A stretch of 64,000 bases of DNA from Patescibacteria group bacterium (GTDB taxonomy: Bacteria > Patescibacteriota > Doudnabacteria > UBA920), in NCBI GenBank assembly GCA_013387205.1, contig WARV01000008.1:136-64135 (forward strand), written 5' to 3'. The translations under genes and the position numbers were made by a program. Below are positions 26,501-36,289 of the stretch, one piece after another; position 1 is the stretch's first letter, and every line of letters starts with the position of its first letter. Below the pieces are notes generated by a model. That model did not search any database, was not told where the DNA came from, and was given only the letters and a program-made list of their open reading frames with translations.

Positions 26501-28354
26501 ATGAAAACACAAAAATTATTTTTAGCGGCATTAATAACTATTTTACTCGCGCAGCCTATACTGTCTTTGGCTCAAGGCATTGAAACTGGGTTTGACCCGA
26601 ATAAGATTATTGACGACAAGATATTTTCCGATACCCAGACTTTCGGCGGGCCGGAAGGCGTACAGAAATTTTTGGAAGTTAAGGGCTCGATTCTTGCCAA
26701 TACCAGTCCGGATTTCATCGCCAAATTAAAAGAGCCGGACATAACCATGCTTAAGCAAGGACTGGAAGATCCAAGGCCTAATTTGGGGCGGATGAGGACG
26801 GCAGCCGAGCTTATTTGGGACGCGTCCATACAAAGCGGCCTTAACCCGCAGGTAATCATTGTGACTTTAAACAAAGAGCAGAGCCTTATTACCGGCCATC
26901 AGGATTCTTCTCCGGACAAAATGCAGAAAGCTTTGGATAGGGCCATGGGTTTTGATTGCCCGGACGCGACCGGGTGCGGTAATTTGTTTCCCGGGTTTTA
27001 TTACCAATTATTCGGCAATTTCGACTCAGACGGCAACCGCTATTTGGGCGCTGCCAAATCTTTAATGAAATCTTTCAATACTGACGGCGGCCGCGGCCCG
27101 CAAATTGACGGGCATATATCCAGAGTCGGGGATGTTGTTACTTTAGATAACACCATGGGCGGGTTTGACGGCGTGTCACCCAGCCAGACAATTACAATAA
27201 TGAACCGGGCTACCGCAGCTTTATACCGTTTTACTCCGCACGTGTTTAACGGCAATTATAATTTTTGGAGATTTTTTAATTCCTGGTTCAGGTACCCGAA
27301 CGGCACGCTTTTGTCTTTGGCAGGGGATATAAAAACTTATATCATCCAAAACGGCACCAAGCAGCTGGTTCCGGATTTTGTGGCCAAGGCGCGCAATTTG
27401 AACTTGGCATCGAAAATCACCATCTCGCCTAACGAATACGACAGCTATCCGACAGATAAAGTGTTCGGGCCGAAAGACGACACTATTGTAAAAACTACAG
27501 ATAACAGTAAGACTTACGTGTTTATTAATAATATAAAGCACCCGGCATCAAGTTTTGTAATTTCGCAGAGGGGACTTAATCCAACCCAGGCTTTGGAAGT
27601 TTCAAGCAGCGAAGCTTCGTTGTTCGATACTGGAAATGTTTTGCCGCCAAAAGACGGGACAATTATCCGAGGAGTAACTAATCCGGCAATATATTTGGTT
27701 GATGGCGGCAGGATAAAACTTTTCAGCGAGTATACTTTCAAGCAGAGAAAGATTGCAGCCAAACAGGTTACGCCAGTGCCCGATGATGAAATTACTACGT
27801 ATGAAAAACAGGGTTTTGTGCCGCCGCTCGACAACACTTTAATCAAGTCAACGGATAAAGGGACTGTATATTTGGTTGATAAAGGCTTAAAGCGGCCGGT
27901 GACCGCGGAGTTATTCAAAAACCGCGGGTTTAAAGTTAAAGATGTAGTCAGCTTGAGTCCGGACGAAGTTACGTCTTTGACGGTCGGTGCTTACGCCACG
28001 CCTAAAGATAAAACATTCTTTAAAGTTGCCGAGACCGGCCAGCTGTATATGTTTAAGGAAGGAAGCAAACATCCGATTTCCAGTTTTGTAGCTAAGCAGC
28101 GCGGTATAACTCCAGATTACACTTTTGGCCAGAGCATGGCTTACGAATGGTATGATGGTATTTCAATTCCGCCGAAAGATAACACTTTGGTTAAAGGCGC
28201 TAAAGACGGTACAGTATATTTAGTCAGTAAAGGACAGTTAAGACCGCTCACAGCCAAAGCGTTCAAGGCGAGGAAGTATAACATAAAAAACATCAAGACT
28301 TTGCCCCAAGACGAAGTTGACGCGTATGCGAAAGGGGATGTGGTAAATAAGTAA
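26501..28354 (+). CDS. Secreted protein with putative lysozyme-like N-terminal domain and repeated DGTLIK..VY modules
   Basis: Signal peptide from MKTQK; AAELIWDASIQSGLNPQVIIVTLNKEQSLIT, NRATAALYRFTPH; about 6 repeats shared with the S8 protease. Confidence 0.75.
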   Translation: MKTQKLFLAALITILLAQPILSLAQGIETGFDPNKIIDDKIFSDTQTFGGPEGVQKFLEVKGSILANTSPDFIAKLKEPDITMLKQGLEDPRPNLGRMRTAAELIWDASIQSGLNPQVIIVTLNKEQSLITGHQDSSPDKMQKALDRAMGFDCPDATGCGNLFPGFYYQLFGNFDSDGNRYLGAAKSLMKSFNTDGGRGPQIDGHISRVGDVVTLDNTMGGFDGVSPSQTITIMNRATAALYRFTPHVFNGNYNFWRFFNSWFRYPNGTLLSLAGDIKTYIIQNGTKQLVPDFVAKARNLNLASKITISPNEYDSYPTDKVFGPKDDTIVKTTDNSKTYVFINNIKHPASSFVISQRGLNPTQALEVSSSEASLFDTGNVLPPKDGTIIRGVTNPAIYLVDGGRIKLFSEYTFKQRKIAAKQVTPVPDDEITTYEKQGFVPPLDNTLIKSTDKGTVYLVDKGLKRPVTAELFKNRGFKVKDVVSLSPDEVTSLTVGAYATPKDKTFFKVAETGQLYMFKEGSKHPISSFVAKQRGITPDYTFGQSMAYEWYDGISIPPKDNTLVKGAKDGTVYLVSKGQLRPLTAKAFKARKYNIKNIKTLPQDEVDAYAKGDVVNK

Positions 28355-28380
28355 CAAGTGGTATATAGTAAGTAGCAAGC

Positions 28381-28409
28381 AAGAGCGGGCGTTTCATCGC
28401 CCGCTCTTT
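28381..28409 (+). terminator. Intrinsic terminator
   Basis: AAGAGCGGGCG-TTTCAT-CGCCCGCTCTTT. Confidence 0.75.
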
Positions 28410-28433
28410 ATCTTATCTGTCTAATTTGTCCTG

Positions 28434-28479
28434 TACCACCTTGATGGTCACCATCCGGATGGTGACCATCAAGGTGGTA
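28434..28479. repeat. Perfect 46-bp loopless palindrome
   Basis: TACCACCTTGATGGTCACCATCC|GGATGGTGACCATCAAGGTGGTA. Confidence 0.9.
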
Positions 28480-28560
28480 TCTTGCTCCGCCAGCCGGCGG
28501 ATGATGCAAGGTGTCCTCTTGTTTTAAGGTATTGGATAATTCTGATATAATTAAACAGCA

Positions 28561-30015
28561 ATGAGCAAGGCTGTATCAAAAAACATATTTTGGCTGTCGT
28601 TGTCCAGGGTTTTTGCCATGGTGCTGCTGTTTTTGGCGTATCGAAATCTTTTTAGATACTTGGGACCGTATAATTCCGGACAATACCAGTTTATTCTTTC
28701 GTACGTGCTGATGTTTTCCACTGTGGTGGATTTTGGCATCCAGCAGTTCATTATAAAAAAGATGAGCGAAAAGCCGGAAGAGACGGAGAATTATTTCCGG
28801 CAATTTTTAGCCTTTGAGTCCGCAGTTTCATTTTTTCTCTACGCGCTATTAATATCTATTGCATATTTCCGGCATTTCGACCCTCAGGTCTTACAAGGCA
28901 TTGCCTTGGCTGGCCTTGGTATGGTCGCTAATGCTTTAACTTATCCGTTTTTGTCTGTAATGAGCGCGAGACAAGACTTGCGCAAAGTTGCCTTTATAAA
29001 TTTTTTAAACTCCCTGGTAAATGTCAGTGTGATTGCCCTGGCAATTATTTTCCATAAAGGGATTGTATTCTTGGCCAGCATCCAGCTGATTTTTGGTTTA
29101 CTGGATTTGGCTTTATACAGGGTTTTTGTTTTAAAGCATTTGCCTGCGCCTAAAGTATTATCTTCCTTAAAGCATATTCATTTTGAGCTAATTTGGAGCA
29201 TTATCAATAATGCCTGGCCGTTTGTTTTGCTGGTGGGTTTTAGCGCGATTTACAACCGCATAGACGTGGTCATTTTGACTTTTTTAAAAGGCTACCAGGA
29301 AACCGGATATTACACGGCCGCTTATAAGATTTACGATTTGCTTGGTTTTTTCCCGTCCGTAGTTTCGTTTACATTGTTCCCGTTTTTTACTGGCTTGATG
29401 GCGAAAAATGCCATACTCGAAATAAAAGACAGTTTGGAAAAATATACAAGATTAATGTTGATGTTCGCGCTTCCAATGGCCGTAGGCGGCACTATTTTGG
29501 CACAGAAATTAATTATTTTGGTAACCGCGTCGCGGGAATTTTTGCCCGGCGCGCAAGCTTTGGCGATTTTAATTTGGGCGCCAGCTCTGCTGTTTATTTA
29601 TATTCCGGTGAACTCTTTGGTGATATCGCAGTTAACCAGGAAAGCGTTAATTATTACCGGAACTAATGTGGTTGTTAATATTGTGGGAAATTTGCTGTTA
29701 ATTCCGCGTTTTGGCATTCAGGCTGCGGCGGTTATGACTGTTTTAAGCGAAAGCTTGCAGGGAATTTTTTATTTTTATTTTGTCAGGAAAAATATTACAG
29801 ATTTCAAATTTTGGGGCTCGGTTTTTAAACCCGCGTTTGCGGCTTTGGTGATGGGCTTGGTATTGTGGCCGATAAGGGATATGAGTTTGTTGATTACTTT
29901 GGCGGCAGGCGCAGCGGTTTATATGGCAATGCTAACGATCACCAGGTTCATAGGGAAAGATGATATTGTGGTGATAAAAGGGTTATTCAGAAGAGAGAGC
30001 GGGGAATTGACCTAA
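28561..30015 (+). CDS. Polysaccharide flippase (Wzx/MOP family)
   Basis: RYLG, DFGI, IYNRIDVVIL, GYYTAA, LIPRFGIQAAA; about 12-14 TMs. Confidence 0.9.
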   Translation: MSKAVSKNIFWLSLSRVFAMVLLFLAYRNLFRYLGPYNSGQYQFILSYVLMFSTVVDFGIQQFIIKKMSEKPEETENYFRQFLAFESAVSFFLYALLISIAYFRHFDPQVLQGIALAGLGMVANALTYPFLSVMSARQDLRKVAFINFLNSLVNVSVIALAIIFHKGIVFLASIQLIFGLLDLALYRVFVLKHLPAPKVLSSLKHIHFELIWSIINNAWPFVLLVGFSAIYNRIDVVILTFLKGYQETGYYTAAYKIYDLLGFFPSVVSFTLFPFFTGLMAKNAILEIKDSLEKYTRLMLMFALPMAVGGTILAQKLIILVTASREFLPGAQALAILIWAPALLFIYIPVNSLVISQLTRKALIITGTNVVVNIVGNLLLIPRFGIQAAAVMTVLSESLQGIFYFYFVRKNITDFKFWGSVFKPAFAALVMGLVLWPIRDMSLLITLAAGAAVYMAMLTITRFIGKDDIVVIKGLFRRESGELT

Positions 30016-30177
30016 TTGCTCTAATTACTAACTCCCTCTGTCTCCCTCTTTAGTAAAGAGGGAGAACCTGCCAAGAAAGGTTAGCTGATTGATAACAATC
30101 AGGTCTTCCTTAGTTTGTTCCTTCTCTTTGCTAAAGAGAAGGACAGGATGAGTTCTGGGTAGGTTAATTAGAAATTT
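30005..30177. repeat. Family A IR with nested double-hairpin element (30027-30154)
   Basis: Same composite as 2821-3031 with the inner element inverted; supplies the flippase stop codon. Confidence 0.85.
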
Positions 30178-30208
30178 TCCAAAAAGTGTGTTATAATTTA
30201 ATTAATAT

Positions 30209-30415
30209 ATGAAATCTAAGGAAACAAAAAACAATCAAATATTAGACAGCTTTTGGCCTATGATTTTTGTTGCGGTTGCGGCGGTGATATCGGTAGGGAT
30301 AATTATGTGGTCTGCTAATATGTCAAAGCTTCAGGAAGATTTGACATCTTTGAGCGTGGCCAAGCATAGCACCCAGACACAGGCAAAGGTTTTGGGCGAG
30401 GCTGTGAAGCGGTAG
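30209..30415 (+). CDS. Small single-TM protein ending in KVLGEAVKR
   Basis: TGTTATAAT extended -10 upstream; one TM. Confidence 0.65.
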   Translation: MKSKETKNNQILDSFWPMIFVAVAAVISVGIIMWSANMSKLQEDLTSLSVAKHSTQTQAKVLGEAVKR

Positions 30416-30526
30416 TCTTCTTGCTTATAAAATATCGATTATGTGGTTTTTTAACGCGGCCAAATGGCCGTTTTCTTTACGCTTTTTTTAGGTTATAATT
30501 AAGGAGTATTATCAAAAAGTAAATGA

Positions 30527-30667
30527 CCCTGTAGAGCTTCTTTGCAAACCTCCTGTTGTAAGCGGTAAATAATAGGTCGGCCTATAGGGATATCAACATT
30601 TTTTTAATTGCAATAGCTTTCGTTGTCGGTAAAATACAGCGAACAATTGCAAAGAAATTCTACAGGG
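30527..30667. mobile_element. 141-bp MITE with 21-bp TIRs and ATGA target duplication
   Basis: ATGA|CCCTGTAGAGCTTCTTTGCAA...TTGCAAAGAAATTCTACAGGG|ATGA. Confidence 0.8.
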
Positions 30668-31768
30668 ATGAAGATTGGAATTGAAGCAGAAAGGGCTAAT
30701 CTTGGCCAGAAGACCGGGGTTGAGCATTATGCCAAGCAGCTCATTCTGCACCTAGCCGAAATAGACCAAAAAAACCAATATATTTTATATTTGCGAACCA
30801 AACCGGAAAGCTGGTTTTTGAATTTGCCAAAAAACTTTTCTATAAAAGTAATGCCGTTTCCGATTTTCTGGACGCAGGTCAGGCTGTCTTTGGAAATGGT
30901 TTTTAATCCGGTTGATGTTTTATTTATTCCAGCTTCCGCGCTGCCTTTGTTACACCCGAAAAACAGCGTTGTGACAATCCATGATTTAGCCTGGCTGTTT
31001 TATCCGGATACTTTTACCTGGTTTAACCGCAGCTTCTTAAAATGGTCGACAAAATTTGCAACCAGGAATGCGAGAAAAATAATTGCGGTTTCTGAGGCGA
31101 CTAAGAATGATTTGGTTAAATATTATCGCGTAGATGATAAAAAGGTTGGTGTAGTGCATCATGGGTATGAGAATAACAATTACGGATTACGGATTACGGA
31201 TTACGGATTAAAATCGCCACTACCGGAAAAATTTATTTTATTTTTATCGACCTTACAACCAAGGAAGAATTTGGAAGGGCTGATTGACGCTTTTAAGGAA
31301 TTAAAACAGGAAAATCCGGAATTGCCGCACAGGCTGGTGGTGGTCGGCAGACTCGGGTGGAAATTTGAAAGTATTTTAAAGAAGATTGATGAAAATAAGG
31401 ATTTGGTTGCTTATTTAAACCATGTATCAGACGAAGACCGTTTGGCGATTATGCGCAAAGCCGATTTATTAGTTTTGCCAAGTTTCTATGAAGGTTTCGG
31501 CATGCAGATTTTGGAAGCGTTTGACGCAAAAGTGCCGGTTGCCGCATCAAAAGTTTCCAGCATGCCGGAAGTGGCGGGGGAAGCTGCTGTTTATTTTGAT
31601 CCTCATGATACAAAAGAGATAAAAAACGCCATTAAGTGTGTTTTGTTGGACAAGTCCATGTCAGACTGCTTAAAAGACTTGGGGCAAAAGAGGCTTGAAA
31701 GTTTCAGCTGGAATAAGTGTGCAAAAGAAACCCTGGAAGTAATGACAAAATTGACGGAAATGACATAA
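30668..31768 (+). CDS. GT4 glycosyltransferase (MtfB/WbaZ-like)
   Basis: TGVEHY, TIHDL, PRKN, PSFYEGFG, SSMPEV. Confidence 0.93.
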   Translation: MKIGIEAERANLGQKTGVEHYAKQLILHLAEIDQKNQYILYLRTKPESWFLNLPKNFSIKVMPFPIFWTQVRLSLEMVFNPVDVLFIPASALPLLHPKNSVVTIHDLAWLFYPDTFTWFNRSFLKWSTKFATRNARKIIAVSEATKNDLVKYYRVDDKKVGVVHHGYENNNYGLRITDYGLKSPLPEKFILFLSTLQPRKNLEGLIDAFKELKQENPELPHRLVVVGRLGWKFESILKKIDENKDLVAYLNHVSDEDRLAIMRKADLLVLPSFYEGFGMQILEAFDAKVPVAASKVSSMPEVAGEAAVYFDPHDTKEIKNAIKCVLLDKSMSDCLKDLGQKRLESFSWNKCAKETLEVMTKLTEMT

Positions 31769-31900
31769 ATTAACCTTCATACAGGCGTCATTCCGAGTGC
31801 AGCCGAGGAATCTCCTTTTGTAGTTTAAGAGATCCTTCGCTCGGATGCACTCGCTCAGGATGACGCCGGAGCGTCATTTTTGTCATTTATTTAATTTTTT
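31741..31900. repeat. Family E IR with nested GTCATTCCGAG...CAGGATGAC element (31784-31867)
   Basis: Arms flank the RPE-like element; the left arm encodes the GT4 C-terminus MTKLTEMT*. Confidence 0.8.
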
Positions 31901-31921
31901 TAATTTTTGCTCATTGTATTT

Positions 31922-33520
31922 ATGTTTTTAACTGACGAAAATAAAATATTTTCCTGGCCAAAAGCCGCCATGTCATTATTATACGTATGGCAGGCGCTTA
32001 CCATATTGCTTGTGATTTTTGGAATACTGCAGCCTTGGGCTGTCTGGATTGTCCTGATTTTAGGGCTTTTATATATCGCAATTTTCCCGGAATTCTATTC
32101 TTTGATGTTCCTGATTGTTTCTATCCCATTTTATCTGGCAATACCGAACCAGCGTTTTGACACGCTTTCAATTTGGAGAATTTGGTTTGCATTTATTTTT
32201 CTTGTTTGGTTTTTCAGGTTTACTATCAGGTTTTACCGAAAAGAGAAAAAGATTAACCTAAGAAAAATATGGTCAGAAATTTACTTTATGCCTTGGGATA
32301 AGGCATTGGGCTTGTTTTTCTTTATTGCGGTTATTTTGGTCCCGTTTTCTAAATTTGCCGTACCAAGCCTTAAGCAGCTAATGTTTATTTTGAATGCTTA
32401 TTTTATATATGTAGTTTTGGTAAATACCATAAAAACAAAAGAGCAGATAATCAGCGCGGTCAGGTTCGCAATAATTTCTTTAGGCACCATTGTGCTTGTA
32501 GGTTACATCCAGCTCATTTCGACATTTTTCACCAGCTTTGATACGTTTTGGGTTTACTGGGCCAGCTTCATTTCAAAGTTATATTACGGCCAAAACCTGG
32601 CAAGCGTTTTGTTATATTCCAACTCCTGGTTTTCTTATAATGGCGCCAGGGAATTGCGCATGTTCAGCATAATGCCGGATTCGCATTCTTTCGCGGTCAT
32701 CTCGGTATTTTTAATTTCATTCCTTTTGTCCTTAACTTATTTTTACGCGAAAAGGGACAGGTATATGCTTTGGACCGTTGTCAGGACAACCGGTCTTGCG
32801 GTAATCCTTTCCGGCACGCGCGGCGTGTGGGCCGGCATGGCCGCTCCTTTTTTGGCGACGATTTTCATGATAACAAAAAATTATTTCAGGCCTATCGCGG
32901 AAAAGATTTTTTGGTCTTTGGCTATGATCCTTTTGTTTTTTGCTATGGCCCCGGCATTTAACAAAGCATTTGATTTTATGCGCGTTAGGAGCTTTAAGGA
33001 AAACTTTTTGGACCGGGCCAAGACAATGTATGACGTCAGCGAGGATTCCAATCAGGCCAGAATAGAAATTTGGAAGCACAGTATCAGATACGCGGTCAGC
33101 CATCCTGTGGGCGTGGGTTTTGGCAATTTCTTAGTCTCAATATCAAGCGATACAAACCAAAAGACATTTTCGGAACTGAGCCAGGTTAATAACAAGCGAT
33201 ACAACCTTCCCCAAAAATACGTTACAGCGCATAATTTATATCTAAACGTTTTAGTCGAATTGGGGGTTTTTGGCTTAGCGGCATTCTTGTGGTTCTGGTG
33301 GAAATATTTTAAAACAGTTTGGGATTTTATGGTGAGATTCCGCGACCAGGATAATTTTTATATGTTTTTCGTAATAGTTTCCGCGCTGACTTTTTTGTGG
33401 CTTTTGGCGTATGGCCTGTTTGACGTAACACTATTTAATGACAAAGTCTTAATGTATAGTTTCATCAGTTTGGGGCTTTCTGGGATTATCATAACTAGGT
33501 ACCGCGATTTGAAAAAATGA
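31922..33520 (+). CDS. O-antigen ligase/polymerase family (Wzy_C)
   Basis: LSGTRG, RIEIWK, HPVGVGFGNF, AHNLYLNVLVELG. Confidence 0.9.
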   Translation: MFLTDENKIFSWPKAAMSLLYVWQALTILLVIFGILQPWAVWIVLILGLLYIAIFPEFYSLMFLIVSIPFYLAIPNQRFDTLSIWRIWFAFIFLVWFFRFTIRFYRKEKKINLRKIWSEIYFMPWDKALGLFFFIAVILVPFSKFAVPSLKQLMFILNAYFIYVVLVNTIKTKEQIISAVRFAIISLGTIVLVGYIQLISTFFTSFDTFWVYWASFISKLYYGQNLASVLLYSNSWFSYNGARELRMFSIMPDSHSFAVISVFLISFLLSLTYFYAKRDRYMLWTVVRTTGLAVILSGTRGVWAGMAAPFLATIFMITKNYFRPIAEKIFWSLAMILLFFAMAPAFNKAFDFMRVRSFKENFLDRAKTMYDVSEDSNQARIEIWKHSIRYAVSHPVGVGFGNFLVSISSDTNQKTFSELSQVNNKRYNLPQKYVTAHNLYLNVLVELGVFGLAAFLWFWWKYFKTVWDFMVRFRDQDNFYMFFVIVSALTFLWLLAYGLFDVTLFNDKVLMYSFISLGLSGIIITRYRDLKK

Positions 33521-33647
33521 CATCCTCAAATGTCATTCCGGGAGCTACAAGCGTAGCGAGGGCTACCCGGAATCTACGCTTTGATTATTATCCAGATATG
33601 GATCCCGGATTTAATCTGGGGTGGAACAAAAAAACACTAAAATTTTT

Positions 33648-34763
33648 ATGCCAAAAGTAACAGTTGTCCAAGTAATCTATAACAACCGCCGATTCATTGA
33701 ACCGGTTTTTAACGCTGTATTTAACCAGACTTTTAAGGATATTGAAGTAGTGGCAGTTATTGCAGGCAACGAAGATGGTTCAAAAGAATTGCTCGCAGAA
33801 AAATTTCCCCAGGTTAAAATAATCGATCCCGGTTACAATATCGGTTTTGCAAAAGGGCATAACCTGGTTTTTGAAAAGTATGATCCGGAATTCTTCCAGC
33901 TGGTCAATCCCGACTTGGTAATGGAGCCGAATTATATTGAAGAGATGCTAAAAGCGTTTGATGATGAAAAAGTAGGCGCGGTTACAGGGAAGTTGTTGAA
34001 ATGTAATTTTGTAGGGGCGGATCCCATCCGCCCAGATGAAGGGAAGATAATATCTTCCACTACAAAAGTGCAAAAAACCAATATTATCGATTCTACCGGC
34101 GTTGTTATTTATAAATCCGGCGCAGCGCGTGACCGCGGGCAGCACGAGACTGACAACGGCCAATACGACGATTTAGCCGTTGTTCAGGCAGTATCCGCTG
34201 CCGGAGCCATGTATAGAAGAGCGGCTTTGGAATCAACTAAGTTATCAAAAATTTCTACCACCCCGGCTGCTAACGCAGCCACCCCTCCTGTAAAGGAGGA
34301 GTACTCCACATTAGTGGAGGGAGGTGGTATTAAGTATGAATACTTCGACGAGGATTTTCATTCTTACTGGGAAGACGTGGATTTGGCCTGGAGGATGAGC
34401 AATGGCGGGTGGAAATGCATGTTTCAACCAGCTGCGATTGCACATCATGGCAGAGGGTCGGGTTCGCATCCTGGCGGATACAAAAAAGTTTTTTCCTACA
34501 TTAAATTCCACAGGCAAATTCCGCCCCGCATCCGCCAGCTTAACTACCAAAACCACATTTTCATGTATTTGAAAAATTCCTCGTGGTTTTATCCGCAATT
34601 TTTTATCCGCGAATTTTTCATGGCTTGTTATATGCTGTTGTTTGAAATTAGCACCTTCAAAGTCGTTCCCAATATGTTTAAGCTGTTTCCCAAAATGTGG
34701 CAGAAGCGGAAAAATATCCTAGTTTGTAAAAATCGCGGCCGTGATTTTTACAAACAGAAGTAA
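33648..34763 (+). CDS. GT2 glycosyltransferase carrying two in-frame palindromic insertions
   Basis: NIGFAKGHN, VNPD, FDEDFHSYWEDVDL. Confidence 0.9.
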   Translation: MPKVTVVQVIYNNRRFIEPVFNAVFNQTFKDIEVVAVIAGNEDGSKELLAEKFPQVKIIDPGYNIGFAKGHNLVFEKYDPEFFQLVNPDLVMEPNYIEEMLKAFDDEKVGAVTGKLLKCNFVGADPIRPDEGKIISSTTKVQKTNIIDSTGVVIYKSGAARDRGQHETDNGQYDDLAVVQAVSAAGAMYRRAALESTKLSKISTTPAANAATPPVKEEYSTLVEGGGIKYEYFDEDFHSYWEDVDLAWRMSNGGWKCMFQPAAIAHHGRGSGSHPGGYKKVFSYIKFHRQIPPRIRQLNYQNHIFMYLKNSSWFYPQFFIREFFMACYMLLFEISTFKVVPNMFKLFPKMWQKRKNILVCKNRGRDFYKQK

Positions 34764-34831
34764 AAATTAAATAGCGCCACCAAGATTTGAAATCAAGGCG
34801 GCGCTAAGGATGGCATCTTTCGGCCGAGTTG

Positions 34832-35143
34832 TTACCAGTTTTTTGCGGGATTGAAAAGTTCTCCGTCGACTTGCAAGAGATCGCCGTTGGTAAGGAGTTC
34901 GGGTGATATCGTTGTTTCCCCATCCGCCTTACCCCTGTCTTCGCAAAAGGTATAAAGGCTACCTTGGAACCAAACTTTGGTTCCATCGGAGATAATTAGG
35001 CATTCTTTCGGGTGCTGCTGGTGGTTGATTGATGAAAAGTGGGAACTTTTCCAATTCACGCCAGAGCTTTCATGAAACATGATTAACTCGCCGGGATCTG
35101 CTGTTCTGACTGGTGCGCCAGAACTGGTGTGGTCTACGATCAT
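34832..35143 (-). CDS. Hypothetical protein (~103 aa), stand-alone antisense cassette
   Basis: GGAGG SD before ATG 35143; TTGACT-N17-TAAATT promoter (35178-35206); hairpin at 34772-34806. Confidence 0.55.
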   Translation of the reverse strand: MIVDHTSSGAPVRTADPGELIMFHESSGVNWKSSHFSSINHQQHPKECLIISDGTKVWFQGSLYTFCEDRGKADGETTISPELLTNGDLLQVDGELFNPAKNW

Positions 35144-35210
35144 ATTTCCTCCGTTCACAGGATTTGCGTTCAACATAATTTAACACGTAATTAAGCCAGA
35201 AGTCAATAAT

Positions 35211-36143
35211 ATGGATATATCAATAATTATCCTTTCCTACAAATCCAAAGAGCATTTGAAGGTGCTTTTGCCGAGTATTAAGCAGCAAACCGGCATCTGT
35301 TGGGACGGCTCCGGTGATGGATATAGCGGCGAAGTAATTATTGTCGACAACGGTTCGAACGACGGCACGGTTGAATGGGTTGAAGATCAGATTGATAAAT
35401 TACGGATTACGGATTACGAATTGAATGTTAACGAATCCGCAATCCGCAATCCGCAATTGTGTTTAATTAAAAATACTAATTCCGGTTTTGCGGCTGGAAA
35501 TAACATCGGCATAAAAAAAGCCGCGGGCAGGCATATCTTAATTTTAAATCCTGACACGAAATTGGAACCGGATACGCTGGAAACCATGCTTGATTTTATG
35601 GAAAAGCGGCAAGATGTCGGAATTAGCGGATGCAAACTTATCAAAGCTGACGGAAAATTGGATTTAGCATGCAGAAGAAGATTTCCAAACCCTTGGAACA
35701 GTTTTTCGCGGTTGTTTTTGAAAAATAATACCAATTACAATTACAGCGATATAGATGAAAACCAGGAAATGGAAGTTGATAGCGTGGTCGGCGCTTTTAT
35801 GCTTGTCAGAAAATCGGTGATTGATAAAATCGGGCTTTTGGATGAAACATTTTTTATGTATGGCGAAGATTTGGATTGGTGCTGGCGCTGCAAGGAAGCT
35901 GGTTTTAAGGTTTGGTATCATCCGAAAACTTTTATTTACCATTACAAAGGCGAATCATCAAAAAAAATTCCTTTTAAGGCTTTAAAGTGGTTTCATGACG
36001 CCATGTGGACTTTTTACAGTAAGCATTACGCAAAAAAGTATCCGTTTTTCTTTAATTGGATAGTTTGGGCGGGGATTTATTTAAGGATGTTGGTTTTAAT
36101 AGTAATCAATTTACCCAGGAAAGAGGCAAGGGTAAGCAAATAG
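35211..36143 (+). CDS. GT2 glycosyltransferase (WbbL-like rhamnosyltransferase)
   Basis: VDNGSNDG, GFAAGNN, LNPD, VVGAFM, FMYGEDLDWC; rml genes lie in the window. Confidence 0.9.
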   Translation: MDISIIILSYKSKEHLKVLLPSIKQQTGICWDGSGDGYSGEVIIVDNGSNDGTVEWVEDQIDKLRITDYELNVNESAIRNPQLCLIKNTNSGFAAGNNIGIKKAAGRHILILNPDTKLEPDTLETMLDFMEKRQDVGISGCKLIKADGKLDLACRRRFPNPWNSFSRLFLKNNTNYNYSDIDENQEMEVDSVVGAFMLVRKSVIDKIGLLDETFFMYGEDLDWCWRCKEAGFKVWYHPKTFIYHYKGESSKKIPFKALKWFHDAMWTFYSKHYAKKYPFFFNWIVWAGIYLRMLVLIVINLPRKEARVSK

Positions 36144-36289
36144 AAATGACAAAAATTAAAAAAATGACAGAATTGACATAAATAATTGGCCCAATAATTT
36201 TGTCATTTACGTCGTTTTTGTCATTTTTGTCAATGTGATTATTTTTGTGGTATTATTAAATTAATTATTATTATCTTCTTACTTTAATT

